The notes under the pieces were generated by a model. It did no database searches. It was not told the origin of the DNA and saw nothing but the letters and a program-made list of their open reading frames with translations. A DNA stretch of 30,007 bases from Prasinococcaceae sp. CCMP 1430. Taxonomy: Eukaryota > Plantae > Prasinodermophyta. The stretch's first letter is position 1. Each line of letters starts with the position of its first letter. Position numbers and translations under genes: made by a program. This document shows positions 19,000 to 28,450 of the stretch, one piece after another. The stretch spans positions 254,091-284,097 of the forward strand of contig RQSC01000031.1 of NCBI GenBank assembly GCA_013416795.1, read 5' to 3'.

Positions 19000-19224
19000 A
19001 TGACACACATGAACTACGACAAGCCGCCGCCGGAGATGAAGCTGGAGCAGCCCTCCTTTGGAGAGGAGTACGCGCCGCTGACTGTGCACGGCTGGGGGGG
19101 GGAGAAGCGCTACGGCGACGACAAGATGCTCGCCAAGAGCTACTGGCCCAAGGGGAGCGCGATGTACGCCAAGGACGGCAAAGTGCGCAGGTGGCAGAAG
19201 GTCGAGGCCTGGAAGCCCAACTGA
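19000..19224 (+). CDS. Small or 5'-truncated protein, 74 aa, unknown function
   Basis: MTHMNYDKPPPEMKLEQPSFGEEY...WQKVEAWKPN* with the strong codon bias seen in the NOP56 exons. Starts 3 nt after an N. Confidence 0.6.
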   Translation: MTHMNYDKPPPEMKLEQPSFGEEYAPLTVHGWGGEKRYGDDKMLAKSYWPKGSAMYAKDGKVRRWQKVEAWKPN

Positions 19225-19494
19225 GCGTCGCCCTCGCGGAGGGCTGGTCGCCAGGCTGCGGCAGCGCCGGGAGGCGCGCTGAAGCGAGCGCGCGAGGGGC
19301 ACTCTTGCTGCGCGTATCGCCTCTTTTTTTTTTGGTATCGCGAACACATTTTTGACTCGGCAGCAATGGCGTCTGCGCGTGTGCGTCCGCACGAGCGCAA
19401 GCGCGCACTCGCTCGCTGTGCGTGCCATGAGGCATCCCGAAGCGCGCGCATTGTCTACACACAAAGAAGTATTACAAAGGATGGACGCGACGAC

Positions 19495-21314
19495 TCACAT
19501 GTCCATGTCACCAGGGCCTGCGCCACTAGGCGCAGGCCCACCCCCGCCTCCGCTTGCGTCGCTCACATTGAGCGCTGTGAGCGAGTCAAGCAGCTCCTCG
19601 AGCGGCACCTCGGGGACGCCATCGCCATCACTCTCATCGTCGTAGTCGTCGTCGTCGACTGCGCCGCCCGCACCGCTCGCGCCACCTGCGTGGCCCTCCG
19701 AGCGGCGGTACAGATTGATGCGGGAGCGCAACTCGGGGTCCTCCTCGAGCTCCTCCATGAAGCGCTCCATGTCGCGCTGCCGCTGCTCCTCCATCGCCGC
19801 CTCGGCAGCACCCTGCCGCCTGCTCGATTTCGACTTGTTCTTGGCGCCCTCAGCACCGTCACCATGTGCGTCCTCGTCGGTATCCATCTGCCCCTTGTTG
19901 CCCAGCTGCTTGAGCTGCCACGGCCTCGCCCTGTTCTTCCTCCGCCGCCTCTTCTCGGCGTAGCTCTTGCGCACGAGAACCACGTCAGGCAGGTCGATCG
20001 AGCCGCCGTACGAGTCGACCTCGGCGGTGTTGTAGTTCGCTGACTGCAGGTCATAACCAAGCGCCGTGTCGCCCGGCTTGAGCACTGAGCCCAGCAACGT
20101 GCGCACGTGCATGGTGCCGTCGGTGTGCCCGAACTCGCTCACCTACGCAACGCGTGGCGAAATGCAATTCTGTCAGCGTCGACACCGCGCGGTGGGGCAC
20201 GCAGGCGCGAGCCCGCGCGAGTGTGCTCGCGCGTGTGCGCTCGCGCGCGCGCGTTGCCCCCGCGCGCGCACCTTCACCACCTCCGCATCGGCGAGCACGT
20301 ACGGGCCGTTAGCGATGGGTCTGCCGTAGTCTCCGCGCACGCACTCGATGTCAAGCACGAGGTACTCAACGAGCTGCTTGGAATCCTGAATGACCGCGAT
20401 GGGCGAGCGCCAGTATTGAGTAGCGTCGAGCCACACCTGGCGCAGCGAGCTCGGGTCAGTGAAGAGCAGGTTGTTGGAAACGCGCGTGACGAGCGCGAGC
20501 GGCCCGAAGCCGCCCAGCGCGCGGCTCTGCCGTCGGTCGAAGACAACCAGGTCGTCCTTGCACGGGTGCGCAATTTCGCAGTAGAACGTGAACTTGTAGC
20601 GGTAGTTCGAGGTGTGCTCGTCGTGCGACACGAGCTCCTTGGAGTCCTTGCCCTGCTTGACGGGCGCGACTTGCGTGAGGAAGTCGACGAAGGAGAGCGC
20701 GTGCGACTTGGACTTGAAGAAGAAGTCTAGTCCATCGGCGTTGTCCTTGACGTTGATGGTGTGCTTGTCGGCGCCGTGCTTGAGGATGAGCTGCTCCAAG
20801 AACAGGAAGGTGCGCTTGTGGCTCACTTTCTGGCGCACCTGCACGCTCGCAACCCACTGGTCAGGGTTTGCGTTGGCACGGATGCACTCGCCGCACATGT
20901 TGTACACCACCGTGTAGTCCACCACGCAGCTCTGCTGCAGGATAGCTCCGTTGAGCACCTCGTCCTGCACGGTGACCTTCACCTTGAGCTGCTTGCTGTG
21001 CGGCTCAGTCCAGATGAAGCCCGCATCGACGAGCTTGACCTTGTTGAGGCCCTTCAGGCGCTTCACGCAAAACGTGAGCAGCTCCTTGGACTCGAGCTCT
21101 GCGCGCAGCCAATGCTTGGGCGGCTGCAGGTACTTGCCGCACGTCGAGCAGTAGATGACCGTGCAGCGACGTGGTATGTCCTTTGTGATATCCACCTGGG
21201 TGCGGACGCAGTTCACGCACATGTTGGTCGGGTTAGGCGGCATGCCTACGCCACAGATGCAGCACAGGATGGTGCCCGTAGTCTGCGAGGCTTGGAATGT
21301 GCCCAGCGGCCCAT
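19495..21314 (-). CDS. NMD3: 60S ribosomal export protein NMD3, exons ~21314-20272 and 20142-19495
   Basis: ILCCICGVGMPPNPTNMCVNC, YCSTCGKYLQPPK.W..AELESKELL..C, FIWTEPHSK, QWVASVQVRQKVSHKRTFLFLEQLILKH, GLDFFF, LKPGDTALGYDL, FMEELEEDPELRSRINLYR. Intron is GTGCGC..CTGAC..TAG. The ATG at 21314 is 1 nt out of frame. Confidence 0.95.
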
Positions 21315-21494
21315 GGCTGATCCCGCTCGCACTGGCACGCCCTGTCTCCCCCTCCCGCCCCTCCCCTCGGACGCGCGCGGGCAAAACGCGGCGGGCAGGG
21401 GCGGCCGGCGCGGGCGCGGGCGCGCTGCTGCAGTCCAGCGGAGCTCGGGCATCAATTTGCTGCGTAGGAGTGCTGGTGCCATCGCCGGTGGGCG

Positions 21495-23760
21495 ATGTCG
21501 ACCCGGAGCGGCGGCCGCGATGGTGGCGGGGGCGTCGCCAGCGCGGTCGCGCGCGAGCTGCCAGCGGTCACGCGCCCGGGGTCCAAGGTGACGCACGCCT
21601 TTGACGCCAGGCCGCCGCCGCGCACGCCCGGGCACGCCGCGGCGTCGCGCTGCGTCGCCACTGCGCAGCACGCTCTGAGGCGGCGCGGTGCCACCAAGGG
21701 GAGGGTGCTCGCCGCTCTTGGAGGTGTGTGCGCGCGCGATGACGGAGCGCGTCGGCCCTCCGCGGGCGAAAGCACCCTGTCGCGGGCGCGCGAGCGCGTG
21801 CGCACGTCCTCACTGATACAAGAGGTAGTGCTCCTGGACGCGCGCCTGCCAATGCGTTCGTTCGTGCCAGTGACGTCACATCGTATCGTGCACTGTCTGA
21901 CACTATCATCGTCATGATATGCTGACTGTTGTGAACGACTGAACGGATGCGCGCACGACAGCCCTCATGCTCGTCGGGATGGGCGCGGTGGTGTTCTTCC
22001 TCCCGCCGGACGGTGCCGAAACAGGCGAGTCTGATGGTTTCCGCGCCGAGGCGCGCTCGTTGTCGGAGGAGGTCGTGCGTACAAAAAAGGTCGAAGACAT
22101 ATTCTCGCTGCCCGCGGGCTTCGACTGCGCGCGGGACATCGACTGGCCAGCCGCGCTGCGCCACACCGTTCGCGCCGTGCGCGATGCCCCCGTCCTCAGG
22201 CCAGATCCAAGGTCCGACTGCGAGAAGCGACTGCGCTCGACAGAGTGCCGCGCGCATGTCGTCATCGTCATGATAGCACACGGTTGCTGACCCGCCGCCT
22301 TGTCAACCCCTTCGTTCGCGCCGTACTCGCAGCGGCGGGAAAACCTTTGATTGCATCGACGTGGACAGCTTCTACGTTCCGCGGCTGTACGCGTGCCTCG
22401 TACGGCACTACCCCACGTGGGACGGCCCAGACTCCACGCGCGCACGCGCCCAGGCGGCGGCCGCCGCGGGCAAGCTGCCCGAAAGTTGGGAGGTAGCAAG
22501 CGACGTCCACGGCAGTGATGCACAAGGTGACAAGCGTAACCGCTTGAGGACGCTGCCTGGCGCAGAGGCTGGACGAATGGGCTTCATGGCCTTCAACGTG
22601 AGCGAGCCGACCATGGACAGGTGCGCGCATGACTATGATGACGCGGTGGTCGTTCCTAGTATCGTTTCTAGAAGTGTCTCGTGTGTGCGCCACCGCCACA
22701 TGGCATGCACGCGCGTCAGCATCCCAATTCTATCTATGCGCATTGTGCGCGGCCAGGTGCTGACAGGCAAGAGCCCGCATTGTATCATGCTCCGTGCCTG
22801 TCTTCGTTGACTCTCACTCAACACAGGTACGGCCTGATCGACGAGGACGCTGCCGCGTTCTGGCGTGCCTACCGCTCCCACTTCAGCGAGGGTCAGCTGC
22901 AGGTCGCTCTCGTAGACAAGTTCAACACTACCATCCGCAGGCGCTTCGAGCTCGTACGCAACGAGCACGCGCGGCTCGCGGGAACAGCTAGCGCGGAAGC
23001 TGAAATGGCGGCCAAAATGTATGGATACCATCGCGCGACCATCGAGCGCATGAGCGACCCCCAGGTGTCCCTCGAAGGCGCCGGCTCGCGCGTGACCCTT
23101 CGCGCGACTGGCGGCGGCCCGAACGGCTATCAGGGCTTCACGGGCGGCGTGCACGGCGAGGACGCCGACAGGATGATCACTGCCCTGTCCTACATTGCTG
23201 AGCGCTATGGGGAACCTTCCCATCTGGGCATGAGCGTGTGGCGCTTGAAGCCCGGAGCGCAGATGCTGAGCCGCGACCGCAATCGAGACTACAACCTCCT
23301 GTACGAGGGCCTGTGGCGCCCGAACTCGTTCTTCGCCTTCGCCGGGTGCCTTGACTCATGGCATTGTGGCACGTGGGACGCCAACCGTTGCGACGTCGAG
23401 ACCCGGCCCCCCCTTGTGCCCATCATCAATCGCGCGAAGGTCTGTTGAGCGCGCGGAGCGGACCTGCGCGCGCTTATGCTTATACTGCAACTTGTCCTCG
23501 GCTTCACGCGTACAGGGGCCGCGCACGCAAACCAGTGGATGCACGCGTGATCGGGCCTCCGTGCGTCTATCGCTGACACATCTCGCTGCTGCAACGCGCT
23601 GCCTCCGCCCGACCCGCGCCAACAGTGGGCGCTATCCAAGCGCAACATGCTCCAGACGCTGCTCAACACAGAGCTGTTGCCCAAGGATGAATGCATGGCG
23701 GAGAGCGGCCAAGCCCCGACCGGCAAGTCCGCAGCATCGTCGTCCGCGGCACGACGATGA
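21495..23760 (+). CDS. Uncharacterised type II membrane protein, 5 exons: 21495-21723, 21962-22211, 22333-22620, 22827-23439, 23626-23760 (504 aa)
   Basis: Four phase-compatible GT..AG introns (CTGAC in introns 1, 2 and 4; TTGAC in intron 3). Splicing creates the TM segment RVLAALGALMLVGMGAVVFFLPP. Without the last intron the protein would end at 23448. No family recognised. Confidence 0.7.
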
Positions 23761-24079
23761 TGGAAGATTGCCCTGCGATGCGCCATGTTCCTTAGAGCCC
23801 CCGACGTCGCGACAGCACATAGCCCGTGCATGCTTTTCTCGGTTGTCATCTGTACTAGTCTAGTGTACAACATGCGCAGCGCACGTGTGGGTAACACCTG
23901 CGCTTGATGCGCGGCGCGGTGCGGCGCGCAGGCGACAGGCCGCGGATCTGCGCATGCGTGGCCGCCGCTAGGCTGCCTGGCGCTGCCCCTTGCTCCGCCG
24001 CCGCGCCCCCACGTGGGGGGTTGTGTGCAACCCTAAAAATTGTGGAATTTTTCCACAATGTTCTGTGAGAGCAGACAGT

Positions 24080-24101
24080 CATACTGCGCGCTGAGCGCAG
24101 C

Positions 24102-24148
<47 letters not shown>
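24080..24148 (+). repeat. Hairpin + C46 element, copy 2
   Basis: CATACTGCGCGCTGAGCGCAGCT followed by 46 C; 20 of 23 nt identical to copy 1. Confidence 0.75.
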
Positions 24149-24150
<2 letters not shown>

Positions 24151-25840
24151 AGGTCGGCCTCGCGGCGGGCGCGCGCGCGCAGGAACGCGAGCGCGTTGAC
24201 GGCCTGCGCGTCCATGGCGCGGCGCGCCAGCGCCTGCGACTCGAGCAGCTGCGTCTGCGTGAGGCTGCCGTCGCGGCCGTCGCGCGGCGCGCTCTCCTCG
24301 GCGAGCTGGTACTGGCTGAGCGGGCAGTCGGTCGGATTCTGGGTGACCCACGGCGCGGCCTCGTCGGATCCTCCTCCCTCTCCTCCCCCGAGGGAGAGGT
24401 CGCGCATCCCCACGGAGCGCCCCCGCTTGCCGCTGCCGGTGGTGGTGGCGCCGCGCGACCCCGCGGAGCCCTCCCGGAGCCCGCCGCCCACCGACCCCAT
24501 CATCTCGCCCGCCGCGTCGTCGAGCGGCAGGTGGCCGCTCGAGTTGGTGGCGTGCGTGCCGCCGCTGCTCGCGCGCCCGGCGGCCCCGAGGGGCTGCTGC
24601 GTGGCCATCGCGTCGCGCAGGCGCTCCGCCTCGAGGTCCTCGCCCTCGAGCGCGGCCAGGCCGTCGCCCGACGCGAGCTCGTCGGGAAAGTCGCCGCCGA
24701 AATCGGCACCCCCGAGCGCGCCGAGGTCGCCGAAATCGGCACCCCCGGAATCTGCGGCCGGAGCGACCGCGCCGGCGCCCGCCGACGGTGCGCCGGCGGC
24801 GGTCGCGCCCATGTACTCCGCGCGCACCCTCTCCAGCGCCTCCGCGCCCAACCTGTTGCCCTCGGCGGCCCGCTCGGCGAACAGCGCGTCGATCGCGTCG
24901 CACGCCCCCCCGCGCAGGCCCTCCGAGGACGGCGCCGCCAGCGCCGCGAGCGCGTCGTACGCCAGCACGCGCTTGGCGGGGCGGTCCACCGTGATGGCCT
25001 CCGTGTCCATCATCCAAGACTTCAGCGTGTCGGTCGACAGCACGGTCTCGGCGTCGCACACGAGCAGCGCGGACGCGCGCTTGCGCTTGGACCTGCGCCG
25101 CTGGCCGGCGGCGCCCGCCTCGCCCTCGCCGCCGTCCGCGGCACGCCCCCCGCGAGCGTGCCGCCGCCGCCGGGGGCGGGGCCCAGCGCGCCGGCCGCGC
25201 CCTCGTCGAACGCGCCGAGGTCTTGCAGCGTGATTGCCTCCTCGCTGCGCGCGAGCATGCCGCCGGTGTCGATGGAAGGCGCGGCGCCAGCGCCCCCGCC
25301 GCCCGCTTGAAGGTCCGCCGCGTCGAGGAAGAAGAACGAGGCCTGTCCCTCCTCCTCGATGGCCGCGAGGTCGGCGAGGAGCGTGGGATCCGCGGACAGC
25401 AGCGCCTGCGTCTCCGAGGCGGGCGCGCCGGTCGCCTCGTCGATGGGAAGGAGGTGATCGGCGCCGCGCTTGCGGCCGCGCCTGCCCTGGCGGGCGCGCC
25501 GCGCGCCGTCGTCGCCCCCGCCGCCGGCGCCATCGCCGTCGGCGAGGTCGATGTTGGAACGGCGGCGCGAGCGCATGTCCCCGAGGTCGCGAAAGAAGCT
25601 CAGGCTGTCCTTGTAGAGCAGCTCCGTCTTGCGCGAGTAGATGACGGTGATGCCGAAGCACAGGTGCGCGGCCATGCGCAAGGCGATCGGCCCGCCGCTG
25701 GGCTCGAGCACCTCCCTCACCGCCGAGGCCAGGTCGCAGCCCGAAATTTCGCGGCGGCCCGTCTTGCGCGCCGAGTGCGCCACCAGCCACACGAGGGCCA
25801 GAGGGCCCTTCTGCGAGAGCAGGCTGACGGAATAGAACAT
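24149..25840 (-). CDS. RAD21/REC8: Rad21/Rec8-family kleisin (Rec8/SYN1-like), 1-nt frameshift at the C6 run 25146-25151, C-terminal winged helix missing
   Basis: The N-terminal domain MFYSVSLLSQKGPLALVWLVAH..PIALRMAAHLCFGITVIYSRKTELLYKD is diagnostic. The central KRKR..DAETVLSTDTLKSWMMDT motif follows after the frame change. The ORF runs into the poly-G tract. Confidence 0.88.
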
Positions 25841-26095
25841 GGCGGCAGCTGCGCGGCGCGGCGAATCGCTTTAAGGTTCTGCCCGCCAAGAGGGGCGTGT
25901 GTGTGTGTGTGGATGTGGGGGAGGAGGCGTCGCGTCGACGCCCGCGCCACGCGGCGGTGCGGCGGGGCCGCGCGCCGAATTTGCGCGGGGCCGCAACAAT
26001 GTCAACAGCCGCCTCAGACAAAACATTGACCGGGAAGACGCACACCAGCCAGCGGCGCCTGCGCCGGCGCGCGGGCGCCGCCGCGGCTGCCGAGC

Positions 26096-26517
26096 NNNNN
26101 NNNNNNNNNNNNNNNNNNNNNNNNNNNNNNNNNNNNNNNNNNNNNNNNNNNNNNNNNNNNNNNNNNNNNNNNNNNNNNNNNNNNNNNNNNNNNNNNNNNN
26201 NNNNNNNNNNNNNNNNNNNNNNNNNNNNNNNNNNNNNNNNNNNNNNNNNNNNNNNNNNNNNNNNNNNNNNNNNNNNNNNNNNNNNNNNNNNNNNNNNNNN
26301 NNNNNNNNNNNNNNNNNNNNNNNNNNNNNNNNNNNNNNNNNNNNNNNNNNNNNNNNNNNNNNNNNNNNNNNNNNNNNNNNNNNNNNNNNNNNNNNNNNNN
26401 NNNNNNNNNNNNNNNNNNNNNNNNNNNNNNNNNNNNNNNNNNNNNNNNNNNNNNNNNNNNNNNNNNNNNNNNNNNNNNNNNNNNNNNNNNNNNNNNNNNN
26501 NNNNNNNNNNNNNNNNN
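26096..26517. other. Assembly gap, 422 N
   Basis: Seen directly. Single Ns also occur at 2449, 4633 and 18997. Confidence 1.
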
Positions 26518-26518
26518 G

Positions 26519-28120
26519 GCGTACCGCAGGCTGCAGAAGCGCTGCCACCCGGACATCGCCGGACCCGAGACCATGGAGGTGTGCATCCTGATGAACGAGG
26601 CGTACGCGGCGCTCTCGGATCCGTCGCTGCGTCGCATATACGATTCCGAGGTGGAGGCGTTGCGAGCGCAGGACGGGCCGGCGGTGCTCGATCTGAACTT
26701 CCACACGCACGGCGCGCTGTCGGCGGGCGCCGCGGCGGGCGCGACGGCGTCCATCACGGGCGGCGACGGCGTGGAGGACGCCGGCTGCAGGGCGCTGCTC
26801 CAGCGCGCCATGCAGCTGCAGGAGCGCTGGCGCGCCGGCGAGCCCGGCGCCGCTGCGCCGCTGGTCCACTACGCCAGCCTTCGCGGGCAGGGCTTCGGCA
26901 GGCTGCTGGAGCACGCCCTGGAGACCTTCGTCTTCGCGACGCTCCTGGACAGGCCCTTCGTGCTGGACATTCGCTCGAGGGACCTCACCTTCACGTGGCG
27001 GTCCTTCTTCACCCACGGCGACTACAACTGGCGCCCGCCGCTGTGGATGGAGCCGCTGCTGCTCGGCATCCAGGACCAGGTGGCGCCGGACGAGGCCGGC
27101 GCCGAGATCCGCGACGGCGGCGCGGGCCTCCCGCCGGGCTGGTTCTTCCCCGGCGCGAGCGAGGACGAGCGGCGGAACGCCACGCGCATGGGCGAGCTCG
27201 TGTCGCACGAGTGGCACGCCCGGGGGCCGCGGGGCTCCCAGATCGCGGTCGTGCCCAACTGGGGCACGTCGACGTGGTTCCTCTGCACAGGGGTCAAGCA
27301 CATGGTCTTCCAGCTGATGGCCAACTACAGGTGCCCCGGCATGTCCGGCGGCGGGCAGCTCCCGCCGGGCTACGGCAGGTGGTACGGGCTCAACTTCCTG
27401 TTCAAGCCCACCGTGCTGGCGTGGGAGGTGTATCGCAACGACCGCGCGAGCGTGCTCGGGGATGGCCACGGCGACGGCGGCGCGCCCTTCGGCGCCATCC
27501 ACCTGCGCACGGAGAACGTGCACGGCCTCGTGCAGCTCAGGGAGGGGCCCGAGGAGCTCACCAAGTACAAGGTGGGGACCAGCTTCATGAACAAAAAGGC
27601 GGGCGAGGCCATCCCGAGCCAAATCGTGACGTCGATGGCGCGAGACCTCCGCGCGTGCCTGCAGAGCGGCATCGCCGCGGGGGTGGGCAAGTGGTGGCTG
27701 CTCAGCGACAACGTGGACGTCGCGCAGGCGCTCGCGGCAACGGAAGAGCTCAAGGGCATGGTCGTGCAGGGCTACCACGCCAACTACAGCGCAACCAACG
27801 CGCACAGCAACAACGCCGTGGCCAAGGGCCTGTTCGGCCACTCGCTCATGGCCAGCTCCGTCAGCGACTGGATGGCCATCTGGGACTCGGCGGTGGCGTT
27901 CGTCGGCGATGGGAGCGCGTACGGCATGACGGCCGCCGTCGGCACTGGCAAGGCCTGCAGGTGCGCCTCCCACAACGTCGACTCGCTCCCGGCGACCGTC
28001 ACGCGCTGCGACACGGCCGAGTCGCCCGGCAGCAGGGAAGGCCAGTTGGAGTGCCCCGTTGGCCGATCCAAACTCCTGCTGTGCGCGCGGCGCGGGACGT
28101 ACGCTCGCTCGCTCACGTGA
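26519..28120 (+). CDS. 5'-partial ORF: J-domain fragment followed by a fucosyltransferase-like (GT11/23/37 superfamily) domain; probable further intron 28081-28198
   Basis: AYRRLQKRCHPDIAG..LMNEAYAALSDPSLRRIYD is a J-domain with HPD. GQGFGRLL..FATLLDRPF, GAIHLRT, WWLLSDN and SDWMAIWDS..VGDGSAYGMTAA correspond to the conserved motifs of alpha2/alpha6/O-fucosyltransferases. GTGCGC..CTGAC..CAG at 28081-28198 suggests a last exon ending at 28271 or 28275. Confidence 0.72.
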   Translation, partial: AYRRLQKRCHPDIAGPETMEVCILMNEAYAALSDPSLRRIYDSEVEALRAQDGPAVLDLNFHTHGALSAGAAAGATASITGGDGVEDAGCRALLQRAMQLQERWRAGEPGAAAPLVHYASLRGQGFGRLLEHALETFVFATLLDRPFVLDIRSRDLTFTWRSFFTHGDYNWRPPLWMEPLLLGIQDQVAPDEAGAEIRDGGAGLPPGWFFPGASEDERRNATRMGELVSHEWHARGPRGSQIAVVPNWGTSTWFLCTGVKHMVFQLMANYRCPGMSGGGQLPPGYGRWYGLNFLFKPTVLAWEVYRNDRASVLGDGHGDGGAPFGAIHLRTENVHGLVQLREGPEELTKYKVGTSFMNKKAGEAIPSQIVTSMARDLRACLQSGIAAGVGKWWLLSDNVDVAQALAATEELKGMVVQGYHANYSATNAHSNNAVAKGLFGHSLMASSVSDWMAIWDSAVAFVGDGSAYGMTAAVGTGKACRCASHNVDSLPATVTRCDTAESPGSREGQLECPVGRSKLLLCARRGTYARSLT

Positions 28121-28450
28121 GAACCCGCCGTCGGTCGCAGCATATCGCGCGCGCGCGCTCCCGCCCGCTGACTGAGCGAGGAGGTATATCCTGCTCAGCG
28201 GAGTGCAACAGCGCGCTTCAAAAAGTTACATTAACCGCGGTGCCTTCCTTCTCGGTGCGTGCCAGCGCTGAATAGCGGGAAAGAGAGCCCGCGTGGAGCG
28301 GATGCACCGCACGCATCCGCGACGCCCATACGCGAGCATGCGGAACAGCGCCCTTCTTAGCTTGGTGTGTCGAGCACGACGTCGAACAAGCGCCCACCGT
28401 CGATGGCCTCGAGGTCGCCCTCACCGCCTGAGGCGCGTGGCGCGCCGTTG

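Noticed and set aside
22635-22762. Intronic box C/D snoRNA (ATGATGA..CTGA)
   Set aside because: No terminal stem or recognisable rRNA-complementary guide; chance motifs are likely.
23289-23897. 202-aa minus-strand ORF
   Set aside because: It overlaps the last intron, exon and 3' UTR of the plus-strand gene and shows no codon bias on its own strand.
18003-24037. Telomeric repeat arrays
   Set aside because: Only isolated single units (telo-boxes) occur, with no tandem array.
24033-24148. Poly-Gly plus AALSAQYDCLL.. as the real kleisin C-terminus
   Set aside because: It derives from the C46 element and its flank and lacks the winged-helix motif.
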